Part shown: positions 61,014 through 64,000 of the stretch, piece after piece
How positions within the stretch are numbered: position 1 is the stretch's first letter
Layout of the letters: each line of letters starts with the position of its first letter
Assembly: GCA_965223845.1 (NCBI GenBank)
Contig: CBDCXR010000004.1
Location: 1,152,001 to 1,216,000 of the forward strand
DNA length: 64,000 bases
Direction of reading: 5' to 3'
From: Planctomycetota bacterium
GTDB lineage: Bacteria > Planctomycetota > UBA8108 > SXIK01
Notes under the pieces: generated by a model
Database searches by the model: none
What the model was told of the DNA's origin: nothing
What the model saw: the letters and a program-made list of their open reading frames with translations, nothing else
Translations under genes and position numbers: made by a program

Positions 61014-63269
61014 GTGACACCACTCGACTTGCCCCCGCGCCGCGTGCGCTCGCTCAACGTCGATGGGATCAGCGCGGCCCGGGGCACGGAGCGCCGCGTC
61101 CTCGTCCTCTCGATCGCGATTCTCGTCGCGGGTGCGCAGGCTAATGTGGAGGATCCTCCGGCGACGAGCGTCGACCCGTTCGCCGGGATCATCGAGAACG
61201 CTCAGAAGGCGCTCGTCGTCATTCGCTCGAGCGACCGCCGGGGAGAAGAGCGCGGTCTCGGCAGCGGATTCGTGGTGCGCGCGGACGGAATCGTCGCGAC
61301 GAACTTCCACGTCATCGGTCGCGGACGCTCCTTCACGGTCCAGCTTCACGATGGACGGGAGGCTCGACCGACGGAAATCCTCGCGTACGATCGCCACCAG
61401 GACGTCGCGCTCGTTCGCGTCGATCAGAACGAACTCCACGCTCTCCCACTCGCAGCGAAACGCGAGGTTCGCGTCGGCGAGCCGGTTGTCTGCGTCGGGC
61501 ATCCGCTCGGGCTGCGCTCGAGCGTTTCTAAGGGCGTCGTCGCGGCCACGCGGGATGTCGACGAGCGGAGCTTGATTCAGGTTGCGATGCCGATCGAGGA
61601 GGGGAACAGCGGGGGACCGCTGATCGATCGCGACGGTGACGTCATCGGTGTTGTCACGCTCAAATCGACCATCGCCGCCAGCCTCGGCTTCGCCGTTCCG
61701 ATTCGGGAAGTGCGGCGTCTCCTCGACCGTCCCCGTCCCGTGCCCATCGCGCGCTGGCAGACGATCGGAGCGCTGAGTTCCCGCCGGTGGCTGACGCGGT
61801 TCGGCGGCGCGTGGCGACAGCGCGCGGGAAAGCTCGTCGCATCGGGCCAGGGCGGCGGATTCGGCGGACGGATGCTCTGCCTTTCGCGAAAGGCCCCGGC
61901 GGAGGGGCGTCTCGAAATCGCCGTCGAAGTGAAACTCGAGGACGAGCGCGGGGCCGCGGGTCTCGTTTTTCACTCGGATGGAGGCGATCGGCACTACGGT
62001 TTCTATCCGACCTCCGGATCGCTGCGACTGACCTCCTTCGAGGGAGCCGACGTGTACAGTTGGCGCATCCTCGAGACGGTCCGAAGCGATGCCTATCGAA
62101 TCGGCGAGTGGAACGAGATCCGTGTCGTCGTCGAGGGCAAACGCATCGAGTGTTTCTGTAACGGCGAGAGCGTCATCCGAGCGGATGACGAGGCACGAGC
62201 CTCGGGATCGATCGGGCTCGTCAAATTCCGCCGTCCCGGAGCGGAGTTTCGTCGATTCCGGGCGGGCGAGTCGCTCGCTCCCTTTCGCGTCGACTCGGAC
62301 GTCGCGCACAAGATCGTCGCACTTACGGACAAGCTCTCCGATCGAGCCGCCCCGGATTCGAGCGTCGTCGGCGAGCTCGCAGATCTCGGGGACGTCGCCT
62401 CGCGATCGATCGATGTGCGTGCGGACGAACTCGAGAGAAAGATCCAGCGGCTCAGGCACATCGCGCGGCGCGTGCATCACGCCACGATCGAGAGGGCGCT
62501 CGCCGAGGCCGTTGCGGGCGAGAATCGAGATCTCGATCTCTTGCGCGTCGCGCTTCTCATCGCGCGCGGTGACAATCGCGACCTCGACGTCGAGTCTTAC
62601 GTCGAGTGGGTCGACGTCGCCGCGGAGGAGGTCGAGAGTCGATTCGGGGACGACGATGCGGAGCCTCGACGACTCGAGATTCTGACGAGCTACCTCTTCG
62701 ATGAGCTCGGCTTCCACGGAAGTCACAGCCAGTACTACCACCGCTCGAACAGTTACATGAACGAAGTGATCGACGATCGCGAGGGGCTCCCGATCATGCT
62801 CTCCGTCCTCCTCATGGAGTGCGCGAAGCGAGTCGGCCTCCGCGTCGACGGACTAGGCATTCCGTTTCACTTCATCGTTCGATTCGTCCCGAAGGACGGA
62901 GAGCCGGTCCTCCTTGATCCTTTCGATGGCGGGAGAGTGATCACGCGTGCGGACGCGACCGAGCTCAGCGGGAACGCTCTCCGCGAGGAACACCTCGAGC
63001 CCGCGGCGCCGCGCGACATCGCTCTGCGCATCCTCCGCAACTTGATCGGCGTCGCCGAGCGCGAGAGTGACGTGTACGCGATGCTGCGCTATCTCGACTA
63101 TGTCCTCGTCCTCGCCCCCGAGTCGGCGATCGACCGCTGGGCTCGCGCCGTGCTCCGCTTCCGCACCGCGCGACCGGCGGGAGCCCGCGAAGATCTCGAG
63201 TGGCTGCTCGAGCACCCGAGTGCGGACGTCGACCGGGCGAACGTCGAGGACTTGCTTCGGAGACTCTGA
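61014..63269 (+). CDS. Fusion: trypsin-like serine protease (S1C) + DUF1080-like beta-sandwich + SirB1/transglutaminase-like + TPR
   Basis: GTG 61014 after GGAG (start uncertain). 'GSGFVV', 'TNFHVI', 'DVALV', 'GNSGGPL'; then 'AAGLVF...GEWNEIRV...GSIGL'; then '[24 protein letters not shown]...PFHFIV...LDPF'; then a TPR tail. Confidence 0.8.
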   Translation: MTPLDLPPRRVRSLNVDGISAARGTERRVLVLSIAILVAGAQANVEDPPATSVDPFAGIIENAQKALVVIRSSDRRGEERGLGSGFVVRADGIVATNFHVIGRGRSFTVQLHDGREARPTEILAYDRHQDVALVRVDQNELHALPLAAKREVRVGEPVVCVGHPLGLRSSVSKGVVAATRDVDERSLIQVAMPIEEGNSGGPLIDRDGDVIGVVTLKSTIAASLGFAVPIREVRRLLDRPRPVPIARWQTIGALSSRRWLTRFGGAWRQRAGKLVASGQGGGFGGRMLCLSRKAPAEGRLEIAVEVKLEDERGAAGLVFHSDGGDRHYGFYPTSGSLRLTSFEGADVYSWRILETVRSDAYRIGEWNEIRVVVEGKRIECFCNGESVIRADDEARASGSIGLVKFRRPGAEFRRFRAGESLAPFRVDSDVAHKIVALTDKLSDRAAPDSSVVGELADLGDVASRSIDVRADELERKIQRLRHIARRVHHATIERALAEAVAGENRDLDLLRVALLIARGDNRDLDVESYVEWVDVAAEEVESRFGDDDAEPRRLEILTSYLFDELGFHGSHSQYYHRSNSYMNEVIDDREGLPIMLSVLLMECAKRVGLRVDGLGIPFHFIVRFVPKDGEPVLLDPFDGGRVITRADATELSGNALREEHLEPAAPRDIALRILRNLIGVAERESDVYAMLRYLDYVLVLAPESAIDRWARAVLRFRTARPAGAREDLEWLLEHPSADVDRANVEDLLRRL

Positions 63270-63321
63270 ACGCGTTGGCGGCGTTCCGCCGGCGAGCGAC
63301 CGGCCGAGGTACCCAAGGACC

Positions 63322-64000
63322 ATGCCGACTCGAAATGTGATCGCCGAGCTGCGCGAGGTCGTTACGAGCACTCGCCTCTACGACGACCTCACCGCGATCG
63401 CACCCTACGAGTCGGATGCACTCACCGCGTTTCGCGCGCGTCCGCTTTGCGTCGTGCTGCCTGAGACGGCGGCCGAAGTCGTGCGCATTCTCGAGATCTG
63501 TCACGCGGCCGAGGTTCCGTTCGTCGCGCGCGGGAGCGGGACGAGTCTCTCCGGCGGCTCGCTCCCGGTTCCCGGCGGAGTCGTGATCGGGCTCAACCGC
63601 CTGAACCGCATCCTTCGCATCGACCCCGAAGCTCGACTCGCCGTCGTCGAGCCGGGTGCGATCAACCTCGCGATCTCCCAGGCGGCGGAGCCCTACGGTC
63701 TTTACTACGCGCCGGATCCGTCGAGTCAATCCGTGTGCACGATCGGTGGCAACGTCGCGTTCAATTCGGGCGGAGCGCACTGCCTCCGGCACGGGATGAC
63801 ATCGAATCACGTTCTCGCGCTCACGGTCGCCCTGCCCGACGGAACGATCGCCGAGCTCGGGGACGCGAGCCGCGAGGTGAGCGGGCCGGATTACGTGGGA
63901 CTCTTCGTCGGCTCCGAAGGTCTCTTCGGTGTGGCGCTCGAGATCACGGTACGGCTTCTGCCGAAACCCGAAGCCTACGAAACGGTCCTCGCGTCGTATG
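63322..64000 (+). CDS. glcD: FAD-linked oxidase, glycolate oxidase subunit GlcD-like (5' part, runs off the window)
   Basis: Translation from ATG 63322: [10 protein letters not shown]...YESDALT...[10 protein letters not shown]...[12 protein letters not shown]...[30 protein letters not shown]...GSEGLFGV. Confidence 0.85.
   Translation, partial: MPTRNVIAELREVVTSTRLYDDLTAIAPYESDALTAFRARPLCVVLPETAAEVVRILEICHAAEVPFVARGSGTSLSGGSLPVPGGVVIGLNRLNRILRIDPEARLAVVEPGAINLAISQAAEPYGLYYAPDPSSQSVCTIGGNVAFNSGGAHCLRHGMTSNHVLALTVALPDGTIAELGDASREVSGPDYVGLFVGSEGLFGVALEITVRLLPKPEAYETVLASY

Overview
A 64-kb, very GC-rich (roughly two-thirds G+C by eye) bacterial chromosomal segment. It is most likely from a Planctomycetota/PVC lineage, judged from a PVC-type CxxCH heme dehydrogenase, DUF1080 proteins, a secreted squalene-cyclase-repeat protein, an FGE-family protein and a dockerin-tipped surface protein. 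About 40 genes are visible. Housekeeping genes: pyrF, prfB without the usual programmed frameshift, a stand-alone carB, thrS, archaeal/eukaryote-type proS, serC, class II DAHP synthase, uxaB and glcD. Also present are a GldF/GldG/DUF4340 ABC module, an Mre11/SbcD + YhaN-like DNA-repair pair and many secreted or multidomain proteins. Two genes carry frameshifts (a multicopper oxidase, which also lacks a copper-binding motif, and serC). I found no tRNA, rRNA, CRISPR array or mobile element. The most interesting candidates are: (1) a lipoprotein with Ig + FG-GAP + two cohesin-like + one dockerin domain, possibly a self-assembling surface scaffold; (2) a cytoplasmic Ser/Thr kinase divergent from an FHA-TM-M64 metallopeptidase, possibly an inside-out phospho-controlled protease; (3) a carB promoter/leader with a UTP-sensing reiterative-transcription signature and a hairpin-bridged Shine-Dalgarno; (4) unusual enzyme fusions; (5) an orphan terminator with a 16-bp tandem repeat in a 760-bp intergenic gap. 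All family calls come from motif recognition by eye; no database searches were run.
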